This document shows, piece after piece, positions 49,880-63,030 of a stretch of DNA of 64,000 nt. The translations under genes were made by a program, and so were the position numbers. The stretch lies in NCBI GenBank assembly GCA_030265395.1, contig JARFYF010000054.1, forward strand, positions 22,832,314 to 22,896,313, read 5' to 3'. This DNA comes from Rhina ancylostomus. Lineage: Eukaryota. The notes below the pieces were generated by a model, which did not search any database, was not told where the DNA came from, and saw nothing but the letters and a program-made list of their open reading frames with translations. How positions within the stretch are numbered: the stretch's first letter is position 1; every line of letters starts with the position of its first letter.

Positions 49880-50018
49880 CTTCATTCTGTTACTGTTCTT
49901 CCCTTGTACCACTTTGAGGTACTGATGTTGTGAAATGATCGGTATAGATGGCATGCAAAACAATGTTTTTCACTGTAACTCAGTATATGTGACAATAATA
50001 AACCAATTACCAGTTACC
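49880..50018 (+). mobile_element. LINE 3' tail (Rex1/Babar-like, tentative)
   Basis: tttttcactgtaactcagtatatgtgacaataataaaccaattaccagttacc, with short terminal repeats. Confidence 0.6.
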
Positions 50019-53000
50019 GTGCTGCACTCTATGAGGTTCCACCACTGGAGTGTCGTGGGCTGTGTTATTCAGCAAAGCATCGTCAGCAACTTCGATATTC
50101 TCAAGCAGAGAAATGAAGAAGTTGCTTTTTGTTAAGTAGGATGATGTTGTCAAAATTGCTTTTTTTATTATTCAAGTCAGATATTCAATAAAAGATATTC
50201 ATATAAAACAAAAGCATAAAACATTTTAAATTCCTATGAATTTTCTCCCAAGTTTCTTGTTTAGGATGGATTTTTGAGTTGTTTTGCAATGGCAAGAATA
50301 TACTTATATCCTTGTGATTTATGGAGGAGCAAAGTATAACTGTGTTGTGTGTCATAACTCTGCATTTGACAAATAAAATCACACAGTAATTTCAAAGGTT
50401 TGTTGATGAGCTGCAATATTCATTTTTTGATATTTAGTGTGTAGAAGTCTTTAAATTAAATTTTATTTGTGCTTTATTCTGATCAATATTGTTAAATTAG
50501 GTTTATTTTTGCAATTGTGCAATCATGTTCATACCCCTTCAACTCTACTGAAGGCAACAACCCGTTCTTGGGCTTGCTTCCTTCCCAAGAATAGCCCTTT
50601 GGTAACATGCCCAATGGGTATTCTCATGAACTAAAATTGTTAGTGTTTGCAGGGTTTGGAGGCAGACATAGAATCTATACACTCAAACACTGTGGCATAG
50701 ATCATCAGATAATAAATGGGAGTAAGAATCACAGCTGATTTCTCTGATTCTGGCTTAAGAACACTGAAGTCAATGTTTGTTCTCCCTTGATATCATTAGC
50801 TAACTTGGTCTGAAACAGTGACTGACCTGTTGCCTCTTCCTGTTCAAGTGACACACCATAAGATTGAAATTAACGTGATCCTATTTTTGGTTGTTATTGG
50901 ACCATGGGGCAATCTACAGCAGCACAAGCAGTACCTCAAGTAGTTGAATGCCCTGAGAGTAAACCACCATTTTCACACAAACTCAGTTGTTGTAACTGAT
51001 GAGATTTGTTGCCTCTTGGCTGATCCACAAACTGGTGAGAGTTTGTGTGATGACGGTTGCTGTCTTGAAGAACAGCAAATCTGAAAATGCCCTATTCCTT
51101 TTGTATGAATAATAGTGTCACTTTGTGAAGGAACATGATTATAGAAAAGCCTCTGGCACAATTTGCCCTGCTCTCTAAACTAATAGAAGATCCATTGTGT
51201 CAATTATCTGGCAGAAGAAAAAAAATCTAATTAACAAAATAAATTGATGCTCACACAAGTACAAAATACTCTTGTGAATTAGTGATACTTTAATTTGTGA
51301 ATTTGGATGATTGACATGCTTCTGGTGGACCCCATGTTACAACACTGGTACAGTATGCTTAAAAGCTCATTGTTATCTGATAAAGCTTCTTGCAAAGCAA
51401 GTTGCTAGTCCTGCAAAATAGGAGTAGGTGACATGTCATGTCTCCTCATGGTAGGAAACTTGAAATGGATCATTGATAGTGGCAGTTCGTAAATTCAGAA
51501 TGATATTTGTTCCTTGTGTTAGGAAATAGAGTATCTGAATTTAAATTTAGCTAAGATTTTCTACAAAGCAACAAATCCAATATTATTAGCTTTGCAATTA
51601 TGGACTATTCCAATCTTTAGTTCCTTTGTGCTTCTCCGTTATCTAACCATTCTGATGGTTGGTTCAATTTACAAGCTTTCTAACCATTCTTTTTTGTTTA
51701 GGATTTCAGTGCTATCTAAGAATAGAGCTTGAACCTGGGATAACTTTTCAACGTAATCTCTGTAGAGATAAGCAAGTACCTTCCACCATGAGTATAATTA
51801 ATATTGGAGCACATGTAGAATCATTTATTTTCTGATCAATGATTTTTAAAAGAAAAATGATCCAATTAGAATTGAGAGATAGTGAAGGAGAGTGTTCATT
51901 TAACTTACTGGAGGTGTCAAAATTGACAGACAAAGATAAAGGAATCCTATAATTTTGACAGAGCTTATTGCGTAGTTCAATTCTGCTAATTTTGTTTGTA
52001 TAGTCAATCGAACATGTGCTGTATTAAAAATTAAAGAGCCTTGTTTTTTCTAGCTGGGACAGTGGACCGTCTGTTACAACACAGCAGACATGTAAAACCC
52101 AAGAGTCCATTACCATAGGTTACAGCAAATGTTAATCAGTACCAATGCAGTTAAATAATGCAGTTAGTACAGATGGCAGCTACTACATTCAGTTGCAGAT
52201 GCGTCCTAGTGTCCCTAAGGCAGTCATATCACAGTAGTTGTCAGTTACTGTCAGGGAGTATGCTGAGCAGTGTGTCGACTTTTTTGTTGGACTCTGCCAT
52301 ATAATCCAGACAGAGAGTATGGCTCTCCTTTATTGTAATCACATGAGCAAGATTGTAATATATCACAGAGCTGAATGAATACATAACACAGCTAAATATT
52401 CATTTAAACTCAACATTTTTCCTGCTAAGTGACATAAAAATAGTGAAGCTTTTCACAGCTCAGATACTTGTTAGTAGTTTCCAACTTCACATTTTAGACT
52501 GGGAGCTTTGGCTGCAGAGAGACATGTGAAAATTCTCATATACGTTGCAGCCAACTGGTCAGAAAATCCTGCTTGTTAAGTCCAGGTGCCTCCTCTTATC
52601 TGCAGGGACCAAACTAAGCTTGGTTTTTCAGAATGCCAGCACTGATATACTGGCAAGTGATCCCGTAGAATGGCACTAAAGATCAGTTGCAGACTGCAAA
52701 GGCCACTTCTCCAGGAGAATGACACACCATGGGACCCTCACTCTGGTTCTGTGCCAGTGCAGAAAACATGAACAAGGAACTCCTATTTTACTTCTGTCAT
52801 GCCTCTCTGTTTTGATTGCTCTTGGATACTCTCATTGCAATGCATTTCCTCCACTGATCTTTATCAGGGTTCCGAGTCAATTCTACAAGTTTCATCCCAA
52901 CAATTAGACTCCTGAGTTAGCATATTAAATTGCTAATAACTAATTGTGAGCAGAAACTAGATTGGGGAGCAATTATGGGAGATAACTAGAGAAACCAGAG

Positions 53001-53779
53001 CAAGAAAATTTACCAACACTGGCCTTCAGGAAGAACAGTTTGAAGCTGCACTTAAAATTTATTCTAGTGCAGTGAATTCTCATCTTACATTCAGAGAACT
53101 TGTCTTCTTATTCATTGTTCATAGTAATTTATTTAAAATTTCTAAGAGACAATAAGAGATAAGTAGGGATTGGAAATGTGCTGATGCAGAAGAAGTTATT
53201 CTTCTGACAGGTTTTAACGAACTATCTAGATAAGACCTGTGTTTCAAATAACCTTGCTATCTTCGCATTAGAGCTCCTGATGCTAACAGTGAATATAAAA
53301 ATGTTTCATTCTCTAAGGATGTTCATAATCTTTGAAAATCTATATCCACAAAAATTATAAATTGGCAATAAGATGATAGTGAATTGTTTACATGGGCACA
53401 CTATCAGTTAAGGAATCTGGCATTAATTCTTCAGTAGTGAAAAGTTTTTTTCAAAAATGATTTAGTTTAAATCAAAATCTTTCTGTAGAGCCAGAAGGAG
53501 CATGAATACTTCCCTACTCTACACTCTTCATCCTGACAACCCCTTTGATTAGCCCCATGTCCAACTGTCTCTGGCACCTCCCCTAACCCCCTAGTCCCAG
53601 CCTTTTGCCCGATCATCCTAAACTCCCTCCTTGAGTTCATCTGAGGACCTTTGGTAAGGATTTAAAATTCATTTATTTCCACTTGTGCTGGGCAGAAACT
53701 AGATAAGGTCCAAAGTCCAAATTTGGGAGGTTTTGAACATTTTTATTTGTGCTTGAACTCATCTGGACTATAATAGACT

Positions 53780-53950
53780 TTGTTTTTTTTTGTTCTAATT
53801 GTGTTCTTTCTTGTAAAGATTGTGTTTAATTAATGCTTTTCTTGTGAATGTTGTGTATCTGATGCTGTGTGCCTGTGATGCTGCTGCAAGTAAGTTCCTC
53901 ATTGCACCTGTACAAGCGTGTACTTGTGCATATGACAATATTTCAATTCA
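53780..53950 (+). mobile_element. LINE 3' UTR, same family as 9608-9775
   Basis: ctgatgctgtgtgcctgtgatgctgctgcaagtaag...tgtgcatatgacaat. Confidence 0.7.
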
Positions 53951-54453
53951 GATTGTCAGACTAGGATGTCTTGACCTTTGTTTGTTGCAATATGACAGCA
54001 GTTCTTCACATAGCAGTTTATCTTGAAAAATCCCAAAAACCACCTTTCCTAATAAGGTATACCAAGGTCTCAATTGATTTGTCCTAATCATATTTTAAGG
54101 TACCACAGTTTTTTATATGCACATTTTAACTTTGAGAAATAATTGATGTGTGCATCATCCTAATAATAATTTTATCCTTGATCTGTTAGTTTGAGTTTTA
54201 ATCCACTATGATGATCTGTAATATAGTTTGTCACAATTGATTGGATTGAGATATCACTGCGGGCTTGTTTTAAGGTCAATATCAATCAGATTTGGAACCT
54301 CATGGTTACAACAATCAAGGCAGGAATGCCATCAAAACTGATATGATGAGTTATGCATGCTAAACCTGCTATTGATTTCAAATTTTAATAAGTGTATTTG
54401 TCTAGGTAATTATTAACATGGAAAGGCATTAGTGTTTTCCTATGCAGATTTTA

Positions 54454-54836
54454 TAAGATAAGCTAAGCTATCTTTATTAGTCACATGTACATTGAAACAC
54501 ACAGTGAAATGCATCTTTTGCATAGAGTTTTCTGGGGGCAGCCCACAAGCGTTGCCACGCGCCCGGCACCAACATTTTATGCCCACGACTTCCTAACCTG
54601 TACATCTTTGGAATGTGGGAGGAAACCCATGCAGTCAAGTGGAGAACGTACAACCTCCTTACAGACAGTGGCCGGAATTGAACCAGGTCGCCAGCACNNN
54701 NNNNNNNNNNNNNNNNNNNNNNNNNNNNNNNNNNNNNNNNNNNNNNNNNNNNNNNNNNNNNNNNNNNNNNNNNNNNNNNNNNNNNNNNNNNNNNNNNTGC
54801 AATAGCGCTCTGCTAACCACTACACTACCGTGCCCG
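54454..54836 (-). mobile_element. V-SINE with a non-HE1 3' tail
   Basis: The minus strand has a tRNA head ggcacggtagtgtagtggttagc...ggttcaattccggccactgtctgtaaggagg, a V-domain, and the tail gtacatgtgactaataaagatagcttagcttatctta. Confidence 0.85.
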
Positions 54837-55029
54837 CTCTGGTGTGATCAAATTTGAAACTTTTCACATTTTGATAAAACCAATGCTGTTCTTATTAGCA
54901 GAGGTAATAAAACCAGTATGAATCATAGTAGCTACACAAAACAGGCAGTTGAAATGTTTCCTGCTGCTCTTTGACTCAATATTTTGAAGAGAACCATTTT
55001 AGGAGCAGGTACATATCTCAAAACCAGTG

Positions 55030-55114
55030 AGTGCACCACATATGATTATAGAGAAATGTGATTTTTCTCTTAAGTGCACCACATATAATTATAGAGAAAT
55101 GTGATTTTTCTCTT
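55030..55114. repeat. 43-bp direct tandem duplication
   Basis: agtgcaccacatatRattatagagaaatgtgatttttctctt occurs twice, with 1 mismatch. Confidence 0.92.
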
Positions 55115-57049
55115 TCCATCCCACTCTCCTACACCTTAGACAGACCTCTAAACCTGAAACTTAAAAAAGTGGTTTCCTTAATGTGCAAGACTTCATTGAT
55201 ATGCAAGACTCTGTATGAATTGTATGGGCTTTGCTTCATCCCCTGGTGCTCTATGTCTCTTGTTGCTACACGCAGGTACTCTGATGCTGGGCTTTTACCC
55301 CATGATGCATTTGACTCGCCNNNNAAATCTCCCAAAATGTATGTTTATTGTGCTGGAGCTTCTATTATTAGGAGTTCTTGATGGCTTCTCCATTGACAGG
55401 GCAACTTTCTGGAGAGTTTTGTTACCACTCCTTGGGACTTCTACAGAACGAAAAGGAATCATATGATAGCCTACAGTTTGGAACAAATGGCTAAGTACAT
55501 TGCAACAAGACCAGCATAACGTCCTGCTACTCTTGGTTATTTGTGTGACTCACTGAGTAAGTTTGAAGGCTCTGGAGAGTAATAGTGGGTAAGAACACCT
55601 GCCTTCGTAAGTTGGCGTAATGCCACCATGCCTTGCCCAATTTATCCATGGCCTCCCTTGAAATAACTTACTGAGATTGCTTCTCAGGATGAATGAAGCA
55701 TTGTCATTTTACTACTTTGCCAACAGTGCACCAACTGTCTCAATTAATGTAGGCAATCTTACTTTTTGTTTTGAAAGAAAAGACCATACACATTTATCTG
55801 CCACATTTAGATTTAACAAGCGAAAAGATAAGTGCAGAACATACGAGTTGTTTTAGGAATTACATGACTCGGTGACTTAAAGTATAGGTTTTTTGACCCC
55901 TGTCTCCATGGCAAATGTCCATTGTTCTATGGTAGATGGGAGTGGAAGAGGAAAGGAGGCTGAGATGAATATTCTCCATCCTGCTAGTTTAAGCTGGTTC
56001 CATGCCTGGGCTCAGCAAGTGGTATCTGTATGATTTCTATCCTTCCTTGGGAATGGGCACACATTAATAACTGTTACAATTGCATTGTTTCCTGGTCTTA
56101 TCACCAGTGGATTATGGAAGGTGCTCTGCCATGTTGTGCAGAACCTGTTGGCTCAAGTAAAGGTTTCCAAGTCATCCTGCAAGGTTTTTGTGTTCACCAC
56201 ACTTCCTCCAGCACAAAACACCAGGCCTTCTTGGTAAAACAAATGCTCTTCTCCCAGTTGCAGCTTGTTGACTGTTGCAGTCGGAATCCTTGATGGTAGC
56301 TCCAAAGGCAGTGAGATTACATAGGGTAATCCCTGTGCCACTTAACCAGTTTGGTGTCTCGTTCCAGACTTGGGAAAGTAGCATCAAATAATTAGGTACA
56401 GCTCCCAAAAATGCTGTTCATTCAAGAAGAAAAAGTCAACCTGAAATATTGGCCCCTGGCTAGAGTACAGCTTCACAGTGGCTGATTAAGTTAAGTTTTA
56501 CTCCTGATACATGGTAGTCCATTACCTATGGATCAGATTCTACAGTTGGCCAGTTTTCTTACATGTTGAAACTCACTTGATCTGTGATGTGTAAAAACAA
56601 GTTACTGCACTGAAAATGTAGTGCTAAATCAGCTTGTTTGAACTTCAGCAATCCTTTGGTACATTAATAGACATCCCTGTTATAATAGTGCTTGTATGCT
56701 GGACAAATAAAGATATGGTAGTAACAAATTATAAGAACTTTTGAGAGTACTAAAAGCANNNNNNNNNNNNNNNNNNNNNNNNNNNNNNNNNNNNNNNNNN
56801 NNNNNNNNGTAACCAAAGTGGATTAAGGTTGTTTTAATTTGCATCATTTATCACAATGATCAGGAAATGTACAATATTAATAAAATGCATCATTGTTCTC
56901 AGATTTCCTGTTTATCTATAAGATAGAATCTAATGAATTTGCTCAAGTACATCTAATGATATGATGTCATAGTGATCAGAGTTTTTTTGGGATATGACTA
57001 ACAATAGTAAATCAGTATTTGCTACTCATGTCAAAGTGTCGTAAGGGTA

Positions 57050-57300
57050 TTAAGAATCAGCCATGTAGTGTTTGACAAACCCATGTGTTGGCCAGATTGG
57101 GTATGGGATAGGACTGCTTTCCTGAAGAGCATTTGTTGGACTTTTATGATAATTCAGCAGTTTTCATGTTTTTCTCGGTTGGTCCTATTTCCAAGTTACT
57201 GGGTCTATTAAATGCCTTTGTACAATTCTCAATAGTGGGATAATAAAATGATTCCCTCTAATAATGACCAGGTTACTCTGTTAAGCCAGTGAATATATCG
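57050..57300 (-). mobile_element. Decayed SINE of the 2225-2525 family
   Basis: ggccagattgggtatgggataggactgctttcctgaagagcatt...ttttatgataatt...gttttcatg. Confidence 0.5.
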
Positions 57301-58699
57301 TGTAATATCTGCATAGTCCAGATCCTCATCTGATTAGGATCCAAGTGATGTGTTCATCATGAAGTCTTGTCTGCCACGGCACTCAGCAATGGATTAATGT
57401 AGGGTAGTGTTCTCTCTCACACCCTTCAAAGGCTTTCCTTCATCCCCATATATCTGTCCCACATGCCAGAGGAAGATCTTTCAATGCATTCTTGGAAAGG
57501 AAACTGCATGGTCACATATGTCCACATACATCGAGTTTGATCTGCATTGAACCTCTGCTGTTGTAAAATTTGAAGGGGAAATTGCTTCTCTTTCTGCATT
57601 GAAAGTGCCCTGGCTGAAATGCAACAGGAATGCCTGCTGGGAACACTCAAAGAGACAAACTCTCAATAGATTTAACTTAGGGCTGCATTGAGTGCTCCTT
57701 CTTGATAAGCTCAGAGACGAGAAGTGGAAATATTTACTGTAGGGACGCTAAGATTATATTGAACTAGTGGCAGATAGAAGGGAGCATAAACATCTAGGCA
57801 TTTAACCTGATTTGAAAGTTCATGATGATGACACTGAATGCCAATTGTGCTTCATTCTCAAAGTGGATTTCAATCAACTCTCTGAGCATAATATCAGTCC
57901 CAAATACATGCATTCAGATGATGAGGGTAATTTTCCATTGAACGTTGTTTTGCAGTCCATTGCTTCATTTATGCCACAGCAAAAGCTGGTCTATTAATTA
58001 TTCATCATTTTATTAGAGTCTAGACAGTAGAAATATCCTCCAGTAAGCTCTTCAAACAATCTTAAACCATTGCAAATATACAACATTAATTCTCATATCC
58101 ATGGAATAAATAACTAATAACTAACCTATTTTCAATTTATATTTCTGAACAGTTGAAAATCAGGAGTAGGTGGTTCCAGATTCCATTGGTTCATTAACCA
58201 GCTAACTGACTTAGCATAAAAGCTTTGCACTTAACACAATGACACTTTTCATGGTTACAACATTGTAAAGGCAAGGAAGCCCATATTTCTGGGGCAAAGT
58301 TTTCACTTTTAATGCAGAAGTGATTCTGTTGCCTGACTATGCCAGTAATTTTTATGGCCTGATCGGCAAAGTAAAGCAGTCTGAGACATAACAAAATCAT
58401 AAGTAAGATTTTGGCACATTCAGATGCGGTGAAAATATTGCATATATTTTTAATCATGATTAAAGCAAAATCAGAAGCTTGAAGATTATTTTGGTTATCA
58501 CATATTATTTAATGCAACAATAATGACACAATCTCAGATAATAACTACTTTTACTAAACACTAAATATCTCAACTTCTTTCTTTTTAGTATGTCAGCTCC
58601 TTGTTACATTACAGTCCAACAACCACAATCATCTTCCTTTGGGCAAGCAGTGGCTGCAACCATTGAAATGTTTTCATGCTAATGCCCTTTGCCTTCCTT

Positions 58700-59460
58700 T
58701 CTGCCAGGGCTCCTTGATGATGCATACCTGGTCAAATCCTGCCTGCCTGCATGCCAAAGGCAGTCATTTTCACCTCATCTGTGGAGTTCAGCTCTGATCC
58801 ATATTGGAACCGAGGCTGTGATGGCGTCTAAAGCCAAGTGGTTCTGACAAAATCCAAATTGGGCATTGGTGGGTAGGTTATTAGAGAATAAATGTCACCT
58901 GATAGCATTGTTGATTATGCATTCCATCACTTTGCTGATGATTGAGAGTAAACTGATTGGGCAGCACTTAGCTGGATTGGATTTGTCTTGACTTACCTGG
59001 GCAGTTTTCCACATTGTTGGGTAGATGCCAGTGTTGTAACTGTACTAGAAAATCTTGGCTAGAGGTACAGCTTGCTCTGGTGTGCAAGTGTTCAGTACAA
59101 AGGTTGGAATGTTGTCTGGCCCCACAGCCTTTGCTGTATCCAATTCTGTCAGCCATTTCTTGATATCACATGGATTGTATTCAATTGGCTGAAGACTGGC
59201 TTGTGTGATGGTAGGGATCGCAGGAGTCATCTGGGATCTATTATCAGCTCAGCACTTCCAGCTGAACATGGTTGCGAATCCTTCGGCTTGCTTTTAGCCC
59301 TCACACGCTAGGTTCCATTGAGGATGGAGACGTTCTTGCAGCCTCTTCTTACTGTTAGGTGTTTGTCACAGTATGAAGTGGTAGGGCTGCAGAGTTGTGA
59401 TTCACTCCATGGAGTTTAGTTCTGTCTACTGCATTTTGCTTCTACTTAGCATGCAAGTTG
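58700..59460 (-). mobile_element. L2/CR1-group LINE RT fragment
   Basis: IKKWLTELDTAKAVGPDNIPTFVLNTCTPEQAVPLAKIF, continuing NTGIYPTMWKTAQV...DKSNPAKCCPISLLSIISKVME. Confidence 0.9.
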
Positions 59461-59479
59461 TGCAACCAAGACTCATTCT

Positions 59480-59850
59480 GAAGAAATGGGCACAAAAACC
59501 TAGCCTGACACCTCCAAACAGTACCGAGGATGTGTTCCTTATTGGAGGAGCTGTCTTTCTGATGAGATGTTAAACCAAGGACCTGATTGCTCTCTCAAGT
59601 AGACACAAAGAAATCAGGTAGCTTTATTTTGAAGATGAGTTGTATCATGTTTTATGGCTGTTATTTATCCTTTGATTAACATATCCGAAACTGATTACTT
59701 GGTCATTATCAGATCATTGTTTGTCATAGCTTGCCACATGCACTCCAACTTCCTCATTTCTGATATTACAGCAGTGACTATGCTTCAGAAATACTTTGTT
59801 GGCTTTAAAACACGTTAGAACATTGTGAAAGGGAAGTGAAGATGCAAAAT
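59480..59850 (+). mobile_element. DeuSINE-like SINE
   Basis: ggagctgtctttctgatgagatgttaaaccaagg...tgattacttggtcattatc...cagtgactatgcttcagaaatactt. Confidence 0.8.
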
Positions 59851-60219
59851 AAATATATGTTAACCTTTTTATCCTTTAAGTTTAGAAAATCACAGAAACT
59901 CTCCCTTTAATCGGTGTTCGCACACATATACTTCGAGGAGAGTTTCTGATGAGTACTTGGGTTTCAAGGTCCCAAATAATTTTCTCTAGCTTCTGCCTGG
60001 GTAGTGAAACTGAACAAAAGGATTCTCATATTGCCCTGGCTGAGATCACCAAGGTAGACATAATATTGGTGCTGTTTAATATTTGTGCTCCCACTTCCTT
60101 ATGCAACTGGCAACAGCCTCATTGTAAATCTTTCAGATTTGGTAAGAAATGCTTCTAGTTTTGTTCCTGGGTCTATCTGGGTTACCAACCTTTGCATATC
60201 TTTCAGGTTTATCTTTCTT

Positions 60220-60370
60220 AAACAAAAACAGAAAATGATGGAAACATTCATCAGGTCAGGCAGCATCTGCGGAGAGAAACAGTCAGTGTTTCAGGTTCCT
60301 TCTTCAGGATCTGAGCTGCTGAGTATTTCCAGTGTTTTCTGTTTATGCTTCAGGTTTCCAGCATTTTTTT
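60220..60370. mobile_element. Fold-back PLE-derived element
   Basis: aaaaacagaaaatgatggaaacattcatcagg ... gctgctgagtatttccagtgttttctgttt. Confidence 0.8.
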
Positions 60371-60469
60371 TAAATTTTCATTCAGGTTTATTTTTCTGGT
60401 GGGGCGAGCTTTGCACTTTGTAACATTTATCTGGGGGACTAATGTTCCAACAAATGGATTAAGTATTTA

Positions 60470-60990
60470 AAGATAACAAGCAGCCCAGCAATGGCAACAC
60501 ATCTGCCCTGCTGACACTTGATATAAACTCGAGAGTACAGACCAGAGCGTCATACATAATTAAAGGAAACAAAAGATACTATTAGAGCAGCTAAAAGGTC
60601 TCAAGAGAAAAAGGATAGTGGACCAATGCAGCAGCAATGCTCATATCAGAGGGTCATATTGGGCCACTGAAAGGCACCCTGAGACAGATTCAGTGGGGTC
60701 ACTTGATGTGATCGGTATATTAACTGATTACTTTGCATAAGTATTTACACTTGAAATTGACATTCAACTAAAGAAAACCAAGTTTAACTGTAAGCAACAT
60801 CGCTGTATGTCTTGAAATTAGTCAAGATTATCCTTGTAGGTTGATTAAGGAAACACAGAATTGGACTGCTATTAAGAAGATGTCCGTAAAAGCCTTTGGA
60901 ATACACAAAGTGTTTTGAGAAATGTTTGCTCACATTATAGCCTGTGAGAGCCAGGGACTGTTCCTTAAACTGGAAGGACGTTCAATTGGC
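60470..60990 (+). mobile_element. Highly decayed CR1 ORF2 fragment
   Basis: IFN.YFA.VFT.E (ttaactgattactttgcataagtatttacac) and GTVP.NWK (gggactgttccttaaactggaagg). Confidence 0.5.
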
Positions 60991-61769
60991 TCGATCTCTT
61001 ATTTGTATTAATTTGTTCATGGCATGTGATACATGAGTTAGGCCCATACTTAGTGTCCACCACTCATTGTCCTTTCAACTTGATGGCTTACTTGCCCACA
61101 GAGTGCAGTTATGTTCAGAGTGGAATTACGTAAAATCCAGTCTGGGGTGTTCTTGTTTGGCAACATTTATAAATTGACCCTGAGGCCACTATAGAGCCAT
61201 TTCAGAGACAAAGTTATCTCACCTGTACCGAGGGAAAGATGTAAAAATATGACCCATTGTTTGATTGGGACAAACACATTTACAAGAGGAGGGTTTCACT
61301 TCCCACTTGTGTATTAAGTGCCCACATCGCCTATGTCTGTTTGGAAGCCTCCTCTCATGTCTGGTGAAATTTAGGGAGTGTTGCTGTTGGATCTTGAAAG
61401 AGTTCCTTCAGTCAGACAGTCGAGGTTTTCTTCCATTTCTTGTTGACGTTGAGATTGATGAGGCAAGGATAGTGGAATGAGAAAGTATCTCATCAGCAGA
61501 GAGATAGGTAGGTCTGTGTTATGAAAGCACAACCTCTATCTCTACAGATATTCAACAACAACTGGAGTTATTGAGCTGGCATTGACTTTAAGGTTCTGGT
61601 GCTGGTCCTCACCGTCGAGTTCATCTTCATGTCAATAAGTTTTTTTTTCTGTGGCCACTGATCAAACTGGAGCACAGCACATTGTGGAAGAATACACAAG
61701 TGTGAGAGCTGAGACCCATAATATCTCTGCGTCAGCACCCCTGCCTGTGACCTTGCAGATTAGATAAAT

Positions 61770-62000
61770 TTAGGAAGGATGGCATACTTCCTTACTAAGG
61801 GATAAGATTGAATCAGATGGATTGTAATGACCATCTGATTGTTTCATGGTCAGTTTCAATTACACTTGCTTTATAATTCTAGATTTATTTCAGTTCCTTA
61901 AATTTAAGTTCCCAGACATAGTGGTAGGTTTCAAACTCATATCTCTGGTCAATAGTTTATTGTTCAGTTGGTAGTCCAGTAACATAACTACAATGCCACT
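61770..62000 (-). mobile_element. tRNA-derived SINE of the 2225-2525 family
   Basis: Minus-strand head gtggcattgtagttatgttactggactacc...atgagtttgaaacctaccac. Confidence 0.6.
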
Positions 62001-62084
62001 GGACCCTAGCTGAACCAAGAAACTGTAGCCTAATCATCTTGACCTTTTTGGATAAAATGCTGAAAGAAGTCAAAAATTCTAAAG

Positions 62085-62275
62085 CTATAGAATTATATTG
62101 CAAAGAAACAGGCCCTTCTGCCCACTGAGTCCATACTGACTATCAAGCATCCATGCCAAATTTATTCTCTCACCATTCCCATCAACTCCCTTCAGATTTT
62201 ATCACTCACCTGCAGACTAGGGGCAATTGACCTACCAACCCATATGTCTTTGTGATGTGGGAAGAATACCAGAGC
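62085..62275 (-). mobile_element. HE1-like V-SINE 3' half; head lost in gap
   Basis: gaaacaggcccttctgcccactgagtcc...ctaggggcaatt...tctttgtgatgtgggaag, the reverse complement of the 19290 family. Confidence 0.85.
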
Positions 62276-62459
62276 NNNNNNNNNNNNNNNNNNNNNNNNN
62301 NNNNNNNNNNNNNNNNNNNNNNNNNNNNNNNNNNNNNNNNNNNNNNNNNNNNNNNNNNNNNNNNNNNNNNNNNNNNNNNNNNNNNNNNNNNNNNNNNNNN
62401 NNNNNNNNNNNNNNNNNNNNNNNNNNNNNNNNNNNNNNNNNNNNNNNNNAACACAGCAT

Positions 62460-63030
62460 CTGGAAAAGTAGGTCATTTCAAACTGTTATCATTGAATTCT
62501 TTGAAGAAGTCACAAGATTAATACACGAGGATTGACATTGCCTGCCTCGATATTCAGAAATTCTTTGACAGAATACCTCTAAAAGATAGAATCTTGTGGA
62601 ATCAGTGACAATCTTCCAACAGTGGATGGCGACCCGATTACATGCCTGCAGGCAAAACTCAATGGTTGTGGGTTTGGCTTGGAGACCAGTTTCCACAAGA
62701 AAAAAACTTTGGGCCACCTGTCCATATTAATGACAAGATGATCATGATGGAGAATGATCTACAAGTTTGTGATTGATAGAGAGATTTGCATTAGTGTTGG
62801 ATCTGCCGGGGTGTCTGAACTGCAGGCAGATCTTGAAGACTGGAGGGAATGGGTCTGCTGTTTGCAGTTGTTTAGTACAGGCAAATGAAACTTTATGCAC
62901 ATGAGCAAATGCTAAGTATGCATATGCTTTGCATGGAACAATACTAAAGCTTGTGGCTTTTCAGAAAAATGGCTATGATAGTACACAACCTAGGAGATGT
63001 ATGACCGGTGCAGTGAAAAGAGGTTCCAGG
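62460..63030 (+). mobile_element. CR1 RT fragment, decayed
   Basis: RSFQTVIIEFFEEVTRLI followed by DIACLDIQKFFDRIP (cf. DVVYLDFQKAFDKVP), and later LQADLE. Confidence 0.8.

Noticed and set aside
54698-54797. 100-N gap inside a SINE suggesting an insertion
   Set aside because: The SINE head reads continuously across the gap (ccagcac|tgcaatagcg), so the true gap is probably near zero. Other exact 100-N runs (1594, 3314, 47642, 49489) are likewise placeholders.
59550-59580. CTGATGA in ctttctgatgagatgttaaacc, resembling a hammerhead core
   Set aside because: It lies in the Deu domain of a SINE and lacks stem II and a downstream GAAA.
59990-60052. AG...GT-bounded 63-nt segment that could be a micro-exon (FCLGSETEQKDSHIALAEITK)
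   Set aside because: Weak donor (gtagac), no recognisable homology and no partner exons.
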